From Longimicrobiales bacterium (lineage in GTDB: Bacteria > Gemmatimonadota > Gemmatimonadetes > Longimicrobiales > Gaopeijiaceae), in the NCBI GenBank assembly GCA_965202985.1, contig CBDBCF010000001.1, positions 1,152,001 through 1,216,000 on the forward strand: 64,000 nucleotides of DNA, written 5' to 3'. The notes under the pieces are model-generated. The model was not told where the DNA came from. It did not search any database and saw nothing but the letters and a program-made list of their open reading frames with translations. The position numbers were made by a program, and so were the translations under genes. Positions 9,180 to 19,158 of this stretch are shown here, piece after piece. Positions within the stretch are counted from its first letter, which is position 1, and each line of letters starts with the position of its first letter.

Positions 9180-9620
9180 CTAGTCCGGGCGGTCCACCTT
9201 GCGGTAGACGAAGCGCAGCGCCGACCAGTCGTCGTCGACGGCGCAGACCTTGTTGTCCACGAGGCCCGCCCCCAGCCCCGCCCGGCGAACGTGGGAATCG
9301 CGAACGTCGGTCGCCAACGGACTGCGCTTCTTGGGCCACGCCAGCCACAGGCCGCCGCTCCACTTCAACGAAGGCGCAAACTGCTCGGCCGTCCCCTCCA
9401 AGGCGGCCCGGTCCCGCACGAACACCACGATCACGTCGAAGCGCCGCCCGCCCCCGAACTCGCGGCTCGTCCGAACGGCAGGTCCCAGGTCGAGCCCCTC
9501 CGCAAAGCCGCGGGGCGCAGCGTCCCAACCGACCACGTGCCCGTCCCGGATCCCCAGCTTCTTGGCCAGGGGCGTGCCCGAATAGCCGGCCGTTCCTGGT
9601 CCGCTTCGCTTCGCGCTCAT
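9180..9620 (-). CDS. DUF3052 family protein
   Basis: AGYSGTPLAKKLGI, LWLAWPKK and GLVDNKVCAVDDDWSALRFV motifs. Confidence 0.85.
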   Translation of the reverse strand: MSAKRSGPGTAGYSGTPLAKKLGIRDGHVVGWDAAPRGFAEGLDLGPAVRTSREFGGGRRFDVIVVFVRDRAALEGTAEQFAPSLKWSGGLWLAWPKKRSPLATDVRDSHVRRAGLGAGLVDNKVCAVDDDWSALRFVYRKVDRPD

Positions 9621-9695
9621 GTCGTCGTCCTCCGGCTCCGCCGCCGCTGTCGCCTGCACTGGCCGACGTTCGGCCCGCGGCTATCTTTGGCCCCC

Positions 9696-10519
<824 letters not shown>

Positions 10520-10612
10520 GAAGGGGAACCGGCCAACGCGAAGACGGCCCCAGGGCGTAAACGATTCCAAGAGTGCGGCGGCGGGTCAAGGGGGGGAGCG
10601 TCGGGCGGCGTC

Positions 10613-10990
<378 letters not shown>

Positions 10991-11087
10991 ACGTTCAAGA
11001 TGGCCAAGGGAGCCGTCCTGGACCAGCCCCTGTGCGTCGGGCACCGGCCTTGGAAGAGCGCTTGGGCGAGTCCCCGAAAGAAAATGC

Positions 11088-11118
11088 TTGCATTCTGGAA
11101 ACAAATGTTCAATAGTGT
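11088..11118 (+). promoter_or_regulatory. Putative promoter containing an AAAC-N4-GTTC (SOS-box-like) element
   Basis: AT-rich patch TTGCAT-tctggAAACaaatGTTC-AATAGT in GC-rich DNA. Confidence 0.3.
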
Positions 11119-11192
11119 TTCCCCGCTTGAAGCGCGGACCGCACCGGTCTCGCCACGAATCATCCGTTTCCCGAAAACCCGACCCACCTTCG

Positions 11193-11885
11193 ATGAACCC
11201 GGCCCCACCGTCCCGCCACCGCACGTCTCCCAAGAGCCTTTCGTTCCTCCTTCCGGTCTTCGCAGCGGCCCTGGCGTCGGCCCTGCTCCTTGCGCCCCGC
11301 CCCGCGTCGGCGGTTCCGGGTTCCGGCGTTCAGGGCGCCCCGGCCGAAGCCGAGCCGCCGCGCGAGAACAGCCCCGTGGTCGTCTACCTGGTGCGCCACG
11401 CCGAAAAGGCGGACGACGGCACCGCCGACCCGCCCCTCACCGTTGCCGGTCAGATCAGGGTTCGCATCCTCAAGACGCTGCTGACCGACGTGGACTTGAC
11501 GCAGGTCCACACGACCGACCGGCGGCGAACCCAGGACACGGCCCGGCCCATCGCCGAGGCGGCCGGCCTGCAGCCCTCCGTCTACGACCCCGCGGACCTG
11601 GCGGCTTTGGCTAGCGCGATACGGGCCATGCCGGGAAAGCACTTCGTCGCCGGCCACAGCAACACGACCCCTCAGCTCGTGGAGGCGCTCGGGGGCGATC
11701 CGGGCGGGCCGATCCACGAAATGGAGTACGACCGCCTGTACATCGTGACGATTCCGCCGGGAAGCGCGCCCCTGACCACCCTGCTGCGCTTCGGGGAACC
11801 GTACTTGGGGGACTCCGACTTCAGCCTGCGCGGCGGGGGCTCCGTTCCTTCCGGGCCCAGAGGCAGCATCGGGCAGGGGAACTGA
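11193..11885 (+). CDS. Secreted histidine phosphatase (phosphoglycerate mutase/SixA-like)
   Basis: Signal peptide; YLVRHAEK, RTQDTA and VAGHSNT motifs. Confidence 0.88.
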   Translation: MNPAPPSRHRTSPKSLSFLLPVFAAALASALLLAPRPASAVPGSGVQGAPAEAEPPRENSPVVVYLVRHAEKADDGTADPPLTVAGQIRVRILKTLLTDVDLTQVHTTDRRRTQDTARPIAEAAGLQPSVYDPADLAALASAIRAMPGKHFVAGHSNTTPQLVEALGGDPGGPIHEMEYDRLYIVTIPPGSAPLTTLLRFGEPYLGDSDFSLRGGGSVPSGPRGSIGQGN

Positions 11886-11935
11886 CGACAACCGGGCAGT
11901 AGCGGAGCCGGGCGGGGCGGACTAGCTTCTCCCGC

Positions 11936-13069
11936 GTGTTCAGCTTCTACGAGTTCTTTGCCGGCGGCGGGATGGCGCGCCTGGGACTCGGGCCGCGCTG
12001 GAAGTGTCTCTTCGCCAACGACTTCGATCCGCGCAAGGGCCGCAGCTATCGACGGCACTGGGGCGACGACGCCTTGGTCCTGGGCGACGTGCGGGGCGTG
12101 AGCGCAGCCGGCCTTCCCGGCAGGGCCGACCTCGTCTGGGCGTCGTTTCCTTGCCAGGACCTTTCGCTTGCTGGGTCCGGGGCGGGCCTGAACGGCCAGC
12201 GCTCGGGAACCTTCTGGTCGTTCTGGCACCTGATGACCCAGCTCGCCTCTAACGGACGGCATCCGGAACTGATCGTGCTGGAAAACGTGCCGGGGACGAT
12301 CAGCTCCCACGGCGGATCGGACTTCCGAGCGATCGTGCAGGCGTACAACGACCTGGGCTACCGCGTCGGGGCCGTCGTCATCGACGCCGTGCTGTTTCTG
12401 CCGCAGTCGCGCCCGAGGCTTTTCGTGGTGGGCCTGCGCGACGCTCACGATCCGGGACTGCGCGCCACGGCCGGGCCGTCCAGCGCTTGGCACCCGCGGG
12501 GCCTGTGCAGAGCCTACGGAGGGCTTCCCGTCGACGCCAAGGACAACTGGATTTGGTGGGACTTGATGCCCCCGCCGGCGCGTCGCGCGAGCCTTCGCGA
12601 CGTGCTGGAAGACGATCCCGTGGACGTGAGGTGGCACACGCCCAGCGAGACCAACAAGCTGCTCGGCATGATGAGCTCCCGAAATCTGGACAAGGTGCAC
12701 CGAGCCCAGGCGTCGGGCGAACTCTGCGCCGGCGCGCTGTACAAGCGCACGCGACGAGATGCGTCGGGCCGGCGGGTGCAGCGGGCCGAAGTGCGCTTCG
12801 ACGGCGTGGCAGGTTGCCTGCGAACGCCCACCGGAGGGTCCAGCCGCCAGTTCCTCCTGATCGCGAAAGGCCGGCGGGTCCGTTCGCGGCTGATCTCGGC
12901 AAGGGAGACGGCCCGGCTGATGGGCCTGCCGGACGACTACGCGCTGCCGGACAACTACAACGAGGGGTATCACCTGACCGGAGACGGCGTGGTCGTGCCT
13001 GCGGTTCGCCACTTGGCGGAACAGGTACTGAAACCGGTGCTGGAATCGGCAGGGGACCGGCCCGGCTAG
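11936..13069 (+). CDS. DNA (cytosine-5)-methyltransferase, orphan
   Basis: Motif I FFAGGG, IV SFPCQD, VI LENVPG, VIII QSRPR and X GDGV. Confidence 0.93.
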   Translation: MFSFYEFFAGGGMARLGLGPRWKCLFANDFDPRKGRSYRRHWGDDALVLGDVRGVSAAGLPGRADLVWASFPCQDLSLAGSGAGLNGQRSGTFWSFWHLMTQLASNGRHPELIVLENVPGTISSHGGSDFRAIVQAYNDLGYRVGAVVIDAVLFLPQSRPRLFVVGLRDAHDPGLRATAGPSSAWHPRGLCRAYGGLPVDAKDNWIWWDLMPPPARRASLRDVLEDDPVDVRWHTPSETNKLLGMMSSRNLDKVHRAQASGELCAGALYKRTRRDASGRRVQRAEVRFDGVAGCLRTPTGGSSRQFLLIAKGRRVRSRLISARETARLMGLPDDYALPDNYNEGYHLTGDGVVVPAVRHLAEQVLKPVLESAGDRPG

Positions 13070-13950
13070 AAGCTGACCACGAGCGCCACGGTCAGAGTCT
13101 GATCCAGCTTGCGACGGCGGACCAGGACCGTTCCGGCGTCTTCTCCCTGCGGCGAGCGGAGGGGGGCCGTGGCCAGGGCGGGGCGGTTGTCGAAGAGGAG
13201 GCGCAGGGTGGTCTTCAGGCCCAGGTGCTCGTTCATGGCGACGCTTGCGGCGTTGGTCCAGTCGGCGCGCAGGTCCGTGGGGTCGGCGGCGTTGCCGTCC
13301 AGCACCAGCGCGCTGGTCCATTCCGCGCCGCCGTCGTCGCCGAAGCGACGCCCGTGCTCCACCGACAGCTGGGCGCCCCAGTAGCCGGGCGAGACGTTCG
13401 GATCCTCCACCACGTCCTCCTGCCGGGTGTAGGTCAGGCCGTAGCCGGTGCGCAACCGCCATCGCTCGCCCGAAGACCAGCGCGTGGACACGCCGACGCC
13501 GGTCACGTAGCGGCCTCGGACGCCGGCGAAGGTGTTGCGCGTCCAGCCGGACTGGACGAAGACGGCGGCTCGGTCGGACAGCGCGCGGTCCGCTCTAATG
13601 CGCGCGTAGAAGTTCTCGGCGGACACGTCGGCGGCGGACGTTGTCCGGACCCGGTAGTCGTCGCGGTCGCCGACGGCCGTCCGCGTGATCCGCGTGGTGC
13701 GTGTGCGGATTCCGCCGGCTTCGATCTTGAGCTCGGTTCGGCCCCAAGCGCCCGACAGGGTATTGGCCAGCCCCAGCGTGAACGCCTGCGCGTTGCCGCC
13801 CGTGCGAACGGCGCTGAACTCGCTGGACCAGCGCCAGTCGGCGGACTCGGAGGCTTGGCCTGCAAGGCCCGTCCAGCCCGGTGCCGCGGCCGGCGCAACC
13901 AGAGCCAGCAACAAGGTGCCGGCCAGCCTCCGTGCTACCTTCATCTTCAA
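13066..13950 (-). CDS. DUF481/YdiY-like outer-membrane beta-barrel
   Basis: Signal peptide, TGGN N-terminal motif, amphipathic strands, C-terminal Phe. Confidence 0.8.
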   Translation of the reverse strand: MKMKVARRLAGTLLLALVAPAAAPGWTGLAGQASESADWRWSSEFSAVRTGGNAQAFTLGLANTLSGAWGRTELKIEAGGIRTRTTRITRTAVGDRDDYRVRTTSAADVSAENFYARIRADRALSDRAAVFVQSGWTRNTFAGVRGRYVTGVGVSTRWSSGERWRLRTGYGLTYTRQEDVVEDPNVSPGYWGAQLSVEHGRRFGDDGGAEWTSALVLDGNAADPTDLRADWTNAASVAMNEHLGLKTTLRLLFDNRPALATAPLRSPQGEDAGTVLVRRRKLDQTLTVALVVSF

Positions 13951-14003
13951 GCCTTCTCCTCCTGTTCGTCCCCCAACGTCTTCCTGCGAGCGAGCCGCGA
14001 ACC

Positions 14004-15929
14004 ATGGCCCGATACTTGACCGAAGGCACCGGCGCCTTCTTCCTCGTCCTTACGGTCTGCCTGACGGCCGTGCAGCAGGTCCCCCTGGCCCCTCTGGCCG
14101 TGGGTTCGGTGCTCATGATCATGGTGTACATGGGCGCCCACGTCTCCGGCGCGCACTACAACCCGGTCGTGAGCGCGGCCCTGGCCCGAGCCGGAAAGCT
14201 GGGCCGGAAGGAGGCGGGACGCTACGCGGCGGCGCAAGTTGCGGGGGCGCTGCTGGCCGGCCTCGCGGCGCGTTTTCTCACCGGCACGGCCTTCGTCCCG
14301 GGGCCGGGCGACGGGGTGTCGGTGCCGGCGGCGCTGCTGGCCGAGGCGCTGTTCGCGTTCGGCTTGGTGCTGGTGGTGCTCAACGTGGCCGCGGACCGTC
14401 GCACCGAGGGAAACTCGTACTTCGGGCTCGCGATCGGCTTCACGGTGATGGTTGCGGGCTTCGCCGTCGGCGACATCTCGGGAGGCGTGCTCAATCCGGC
14501 CGTGGCAGCGGGGACGTCGATCGCCAGCCTGCTGACCGGCGGACCCAGCGGGGGCCTTGGGAACATGTTCCTGTACTGGGTGGGTCCGGCGCTCGGCGCA
14601 TTTCTGGCCCTGGGGGTCTTCCGGGTGCAGAGCGAAGGCGGCCCGCCGGGCCGGAACCAAGTCGGGACGACAGAGGCTTCCGAGGCTGGACATGGAGACG
14701 ACATCGGATTGAAGATGGCAGGATTGGGTTTGGTTCTGGTCTTGCTGGCCGGTTGCGACGACCGACAGGCGAACGAACCGGCCCCGACGGCGGACGAAGA
14801 TTCGGCCGGGAGCGTCGGATCAGCGTTGGTGCAGGCTCGCCCGGACGCCACGTTTCGAGCCGACGATGAACCGACGCTCTCCATCGGCCTTGCCCAGGGG
14901 CCGGACGAGTACCTGTTCAGAGGCGTCACGGCCGCCCGGCTGTCGGACGGAGGCGTCGTCGCGGCAGTCGAAGGAATGGACGAGGTGCGGCGCTTTGGTC
15001 CCGACGGCCGTCACCTCTGGACCTCGGGGCGCGAGGGAGAGGGCCCCGGAGAGTTCGGCGGGGTCCGACTGCTCGCCGGATGCACCAGTGCCCAGTCCAT
15101 CGTCGCCTACGACTATCGCAACGACCGCGTGACGATCCTGGACGGGAAAGGGGAGCCGATCCAGAACGCCCGGACCCTATGGAGCGGCCACCCCGTCTAC
15201 GAGATCAGGTGTTCGGCCGACCAGCGCTTCGTGGTGTCGAACATGAGCGAGGATCCACCGAATTCGGGACCGAACCGCTCGGACAATTCCTTAGGCTTTG
15301 CCGCAATCACGGAGTCCGACTTTCCAGTGGAGCTGTTGCGGGCGGCGATTCCGGGCGCGGAGCGGGTTCAGGTCGTCCTGGGCGCCGACCAGTCCGTGAG
15401 TTTTCCCCGGACCTGGGGCAAGGACCTCGAGTTCGTGGCGACCGACGAAGGCGTCTGGCTGGGCACTGGCGACAGCTACGAACTGGAGCTTCTCGATTGG
15501 AGCGGCGCGACGGTTCGGCGGATCCGCTGGAACGGCCCGGATTTGGCCGTCACGGACGAGCACGTGGAGGCCCATCGCGACCAGATGCGGCGGCAGTACT
15601 CCGAATCGTCGACCGAGGACTGGGAGACAAGGTTCAACAACCGATGGGACGAAGAGGCCAAGTACCTGCCGTCCACCTTTCCGTCGTTCTCGCGCGTGCT
15701 CTTGTCGGACGACGGCAACCTGTGGGTCGAGCACTTCCACCGCCCGGGCGCCGAGCGTCGAGAATGGGTCGTCTTCGCGCCGACCGGCGAGTGGCTGCGC
15801 ACCGTGGAGCTGCCGGCGCGAGTGGTCGTCCAAGACGCCGGCGCCGACTGGGTTCTTGCGCGGACGACCGACGAGCTGGGCGTCGAGCGGATCGAGTTGT
15901 ACGCACTCCGCGACGGATCGGCGACCTAG
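14004..15929 (+). CDS. MIP/aquaporin channel (about 14004-14640) read in frame into a beta-propeller lipoprotein
   Basis: HVSGAHYNPV and ISGGVLNPAV loops with 6 TM segments; no stop codon before the propeller. Confidence 0.75.
   Translation: MARYLTEGTGAFFLVLTVCLTAVQQVPLAPLAVGSVLMIMVYMGAHVSGAHYNPVVSAALARAGKLGRKEAGRYAAAQVAGALLAGLAARFLTGTAFVPGPGDGVSVPAALLAEALFAFGLVLVVLNVAADRRTEGNSYFGLAIGFTVMVAGFAVGDISGGVLNPAVAAGTSIASLLTGGPSGGLGNMFLYWVGPALGAFLALGVFRVQSEGGPPGRNQVGTTEASEAGHGDDIGLKMAGLGLVLVLLAGCDDRQANEPAPTADEDSAGSVGSALVQARPDATFRADDEPTLSIGLAQGPDEYLFRGVTAARLSDGGVVAAVEGMDEVRRFGPDGRHLWTSGREGEGPGEFGGVRLLAGCTSAQSIVAYDYRNDRVTILDGKGEPIQNARTLWSGHPVYEIRCSADQRFVVSNMSEDPPNSGPNRSDNSLGFAAITESDFPVELLRAAIPGAERVQVVLGADQSVSFPRTWGKDLEFVATDEGVWLGTGDSYELELLDWSGATVRRIRWNGPDLAVTDEHVEAHRDQMRRQYSESSTEDWETRFNNRWDEEAKYLPSTFPSFSRVLLSDDGNLWVEHFHRPGAERREWVVFAPTGEWLRTVELPARVVVQDAGADWVLARTTDELGVERIELYALRDGSAT
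14709..15929 (+). CDS. 6-bladed beta-propeller lipoprotein (probable independent internal start)
   Basis: GGAG at 14694, TTG at 14709 / ATG at 14715, lipobox LLAGC, GREGEGPGEF motif, LSDDGNLWV..WVVFAPTGEW. Confidence 0.75.
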   Translation: MKMAGLGLVLVLLAGCDDRQANEPAPTADEDSAGSVGSALVQARPDATFRADDEPTLSIGLAQGPDEYLFRGVTAARLSDGGVVAAVEGMDEVRRFGPDGRHLWTSGREGEGPGEFGGVRLLAGCTSAQSIVAYDYRNDRVTILDGKGEPIQNARTLWSGHPVYEIRCSADQRFVVSNMSEDPPNSGPNRSDNSLGFAAITESDFPVELLRAAIPGAERVQVVLGADQSVSFPRTWGKDLEFVATDEGVWLGTGDSYELELLDWSGATVRRIRWNGPDLAVTDEHVEAHRDQMRRQYSESSTEDWETRFNNRWDEEAKYLPSTFPSFSRVLLSDDGNLWVEHFHRPGAERREWVVFAPTGEWLRTVELPARVVVQDAGADWVLARTTDELGVERIELYALRDGSAT

Positions 15930-15979
15930 TGGTAGTAGTGTCGTCGACGACGCAGCGCGGCACGCCGCCTGCATGGAAG

Positions 15980-17107
15980 ATGCAGACGGTTGGCTTGACG
16001 ACAGGAAGCGCAGTCGTGGTATGGGGCGCCGCGCTGATCGCGGCCTCCGCCCTGGCCTGGAGCCTGTTGTCCGCGGCCGGCCGCCCGCCGCAAGCAGCGC
16101 CGCCGCCGACCGCAAGCTCCGAATCGCTTGCCGAGCGCACGGCAGGGGCGTCCGTATTCTCGTCGGCGCCGGTCTTCACGAGCGTCTTGTCGGCCACGGA
16201 CGCTGCCTTCGCCGACTCCACGTGGTTCGTGCTGGACCGGCGGGGACGGCGCATTCACCGCTTCAGCCAAGCGGGCGACCTGCTGGGCAGCTTTGCGCGC
16301 CGCGGCGAGGGCCCCGGCGAACTGGCCTCCCCGGAGGCGATCGCAGTGCATCGGGACACGGTTGCGGTGGCCGACCGGGGAACCCTGCACCTGTACGAAC
16401 CCGACGGCGCGCACATCGCCGATCGCAGACTCGTCCTGGAAGGATGCCTGTCGCCGCTCGACGTGCAAGTCGAGTCCAGCCTGCCGGGCCTCCTCGTCAT
16501 GGCCCAATGCACAAGTCCGGCACGAGGCCAGGAAACCATGGTCTTCCTTGCGAATGAAACCGGGAGCGCTCGGGCGCTTGCTTCCCTCACCTCCGGCGAG
16601 CGCGGACGGGTGCTGAAGTTCCCGTTCGTTCCCGTCATCTCCGCGCACGCCACGGGCTTCGTCTTCGGCGACCCGGACTTGGGCTGCCTGGACGTCTACG
16701 AGATCGGCGCGTCCGACCTGCTGGCGACCGTGGCGGACAGCGTCTGCCACGACTGGATTCCGCGCCTGCCTCTTCCCCAAGAGATTGCAAGGGCCGTCCG
16801 CGAGGAGATGCGGGGCACCGCCGCGCTCACGGGCACGCGCCTAGTCGTTTCGGCTTCGCTGCCGCCGTTCAACCGCGCCTTCGCCCTGGCCGACGGGAGG
16901 CTTGCATACCGCGTCCCGCTTCCGGTCGCCGACGAAGACGCCGGGGAGCTGTTCAGGCTGGTCGTCCGCGGCGAGGCGGACCGCGAACGCGTCCTGCCGT
17001 TTCCGGCCGCGTCGGCCGTCTTCGCGTCGGGCGAGTCCGTGCTGGCCGCCTGGGAAGCCCTCGAAGGCATCCGCATCGCCGTCTTCCCGCTGCTGGACCA
17101 GCCGTAG
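15980..17107 (+). CDS. Membrane-anchored beta-propeller-like protein
   Basis: N-terminal TM segment; WFVLDRRGRRIHRF, ARRGEGPGELASP and VAVAD motifs; start could be GTG at 15929. Confidence 0.72.
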   Translation: MQTVGLTTGSAVVVWGAALIAASALAWSLLSAAGRPPQAAPPPTASSESLAERTAGASVFSSAPVFTSVLSATDAAFADSTWFVLDRRGRRIHRFSQAGDLLGSFARRGEGPGELASPEAIAVHRDTVAVADRGTLHLYEPDGAHIADRRLVLEGCLSPLDVQVESSLPGLLVMAQCTSPARGQETMVFLANETGSARALASLTSGERGRVLKFPFVPVISAHATGFVFGDPDLGCLDVYEIGASDLLATVADSVCHDWIPRLPLPQEIARAVREEMRGTAALTGTRLVVSASLPPFNRAFALADGRLAYRVPLPVADEDAGELFRLVVRGEADRERVLPFPAASAVFASGESVLAAWEALEGIRIAVFPLLDQP

Positions 17108-17120
17108 CTTGGGCGTCGAG

Positions 17121-17849
17121 TTGGAGCCGGCTTCGGTCCGCGTCGAAGCGATGACAGCGTCGTACCGACGCAGGTTCCGTCGTCGCGAAGTGCTGCACGG
17201 GGTCGATCTGGCGGTGGCGCCCGGACAGATCGCCGCGGTCGTGGGGCCGAACGGGGCCGGCAAGACGACGTTGCTGCGCATCCTCGCGGCTTTCAAGCAA
17301 CCCGACCACGGACGCTGCACGATCGCCGGCTTGTCACCGGAAGCCTATCGACGCCGGTTCGGCTGTGGATACCTGCCGGAATCGCTGGTCTTTCCCCGGG
17401 TCTGGACGTGCCGCGACATCCTTGGACGCAGCGCGGACCTGTCGGCGGAGCCGGCCGAGCGAGAGGCCGCGTTCGCGCGTTCGGTGGCCAGGAGCGGCCT
17501 CGACGCCGAGACGCTCGACAAGCCCGCCCGGCTGTGCTCGAAGGGCACGCGCCACAGGCTGGGACTGGCCCACGCCCTTGCGGGAGAACCAGCGTTCGTT
17601 GTGCTCGACGAACCGTTCTCGGGGTTGGACGCGCGGGCGCGGGCGGCGTTGCGCGACCAAGTGCGAGCAGCCCGCGATAGGGGCGCCGCAGTGCTGTTCG
17701 CAAGTCACGAGACCGCGGAAGTGCACCGGCTGGCCGACCAAGTCCACATCTTGGAAGACGGCCGCGCCCGGCCGTGGTCGGCGCAGTCGGAGGACCCCGC
17801 GACCGATTTGGAGGCGCTGGAGGCCGAGCTGTTGCGGGGCGCCTCGTGA
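17121..17849 (+). CDS. ABC transporter ATP-binding protein (ABC-2 export type)
   Basis: GPNGAGKTT, CSKG signature variant, VVLDEPFSGLD, FASH; start could be ATG at 17151. Confidence 0.9.
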   Translation: MEPASVRVEAMTASYRRRFRRREVLHGVDLAVAPGQIAAVVGPNGAGKTTLLRILAAFKQPDHGRCTIAGLSPEAYRRRFGCGYLPESLVFPRVWTCRDILGRSADLSAEPAEREAAFARSVARSGLDAETLDKPARLCSKGTRHRLGLAHALAGEPAFVVLDEPFSGLDARARAALRDQVRAARDRGAAVLFASHETAEVHRLADQVHILEDGRARPWSAQSEDPATDLEALEAELLRGAS

Positions 17850-18568
17850 GCACCCGTCTGGTTCCGGCGTCCAGGCAGATCGCGTTGGTCTTTCGCGAGA
17901 ACGTGGCCGGGTTCGCGGGCCTGATCGCTCTTGCAGGCGCGTTCTACGGGCTGTACGGGCTGACGGAGGACGGAATCGACGACTGGATGAACCCCGGGGT
18001 GACGCTGGTGGTCGCCTTCGTGCCGGTCGTGGTCGTGGGCAGCCTGCGCGAGGCTGCGGCAGGCGGCCGGACGCTATGGCTTCAGAAGCCGGTCGATCCC
18101 GTTCGATTCCACTTCGCTCGCTTTCTCCATGTCGCGTTCGTCGCAACCGTGTCGACGGTGCTCTTCCGATGCGCCGCGACGGCGGTCGGGCTGGCGGCCG
18201 GTTGGGCACCGGACGAGCACCCGCTGCGACCTGTCCCCATCGAAGCCTTGACGGCCTTCGTCGTAGTCGCCGTCGGCTTCGGGCTGTCGTGCTGGTGGGG
18301 AAACCGCGGCCGCTTGGCAACGGTCGCGTACTTGTCGTTCAGCGTCGCCGCCCTCTTCCAGATCGACGTGTTGCAGCCCGAGGCAAGCGACGGATTCTGG
18401 GGACGTGTCGTTCGGGTGGTGCTCTTCCCGTTCGGGGCTCGTCGCGAGGTCGGTTCGTTCCTGGCGGGCAACGCCGAACCCGACTGGCGACCGGTGGTCT
18501 GGCTGGTGGCCTACACGGCCGCGTGGCTCGTGGTCGGCGTGATCGGCATCACGAAGCTCCGCCGCTAG
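17846..18568 (+). CDS. ABC-2-type permease-like membrane protein
   Basis: About 6 hydrophobic segments, WLQKPV loop, GTGA overlap with the ATPase gene. Confidence 0.75.
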   Translation: MSTRLVPASRQIALVFRENVAGFAGLIALAGAFYGLYGLTEDGIDDWMNPGVTLVVAFVPVVVVGSLREAAAGGRTLWLQKPVDPVRFHFARFLHVAFVATVSTVLFRCAATAVGLAAGWAPDEHPLRPVPIEALTAFVVVAVGFGLSCWWGNRGRLATVAYLSFSVAALFQIDVLQPEASDGFWGRVVRVVLFPFGARREVGSFLAGNAEPDWRPVVWLVAYTAAWLVVGVIGITKLRR

Positions 18569-19158
18569 CCGGGCTCGGCGGGGGACGGCCGCCAAACCGT
18601 CTCGTAGCCCGGCGCGGCCAAGTTCCATCGCTTGCCGTAGACGTGCAGGCGCCGGGTGGAGGCGCCGTTCGCGACCAGCGGGCCGGCGGCGTGGGTCCAC
18701 GCCAAGATGCTGCCTTCCATGTTGAACGCCCGCACGCCTCGTTTGGCCATCCGCTCGGCCCACGCCGAACTCCGGAAGCCGATGGTGCAGTACGCGACCA
18801 CGGTTCGACCGGCCGGGACGGCGGCGCCGGATTCCGCCAGCGCGGCTTCGAACTCGGCTTGGGACACGGCCCCGGGCAACATGGACACGCCCCTCTCTTC
18901 GGGAGACCGCACGTCGACCAGGACGAGGCTGCCGGTCTTCATCGCCTCCATCACCTCCGGGGGCGAGAGCACGGGAACGCCGGGGTACTCTTGGCGCACC
19001 GCCTGGACCGCCCGGGCTACCGCCGAGCGCTTGTCAGCGTCGTTGCCGGGCGACTGGCCGCACGCCCCCGACAGCGGGAGCACGCACGCGGCGACCACGA
19101 CCGACGCGCGCCGAACGAGAATCCGCGGCCAAAGTCCGGCCGGCGTCAACGCCCTCAC
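18565..19158 (-). CDS. Rhodanese-domain protein, probably an exported lipoprotein
   Basis: LVDVRSPEE, YCTIGFRS and MEGSILAW motifs; signal ending SGAC; GTGA overlap. Confidence 0.85.
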   Translation of the reverse strand: MRALTPAGLWPRILVRRASVVVAACVLPLSGACGQSPGNDADKRSAVARAVQAVRQEYPGVPVLSPPEVMEAMKTGSLVLVDVRSPEERGVSMLPGAVSQAEFEAALAESGAAVPAGRTVVAYCTIGFRSSAWAERMAKRGVRAFNMEGSILAWTHAAGPLVANGASTRRLHVYGKRWNLAAPGYETVWRPSPAEPG

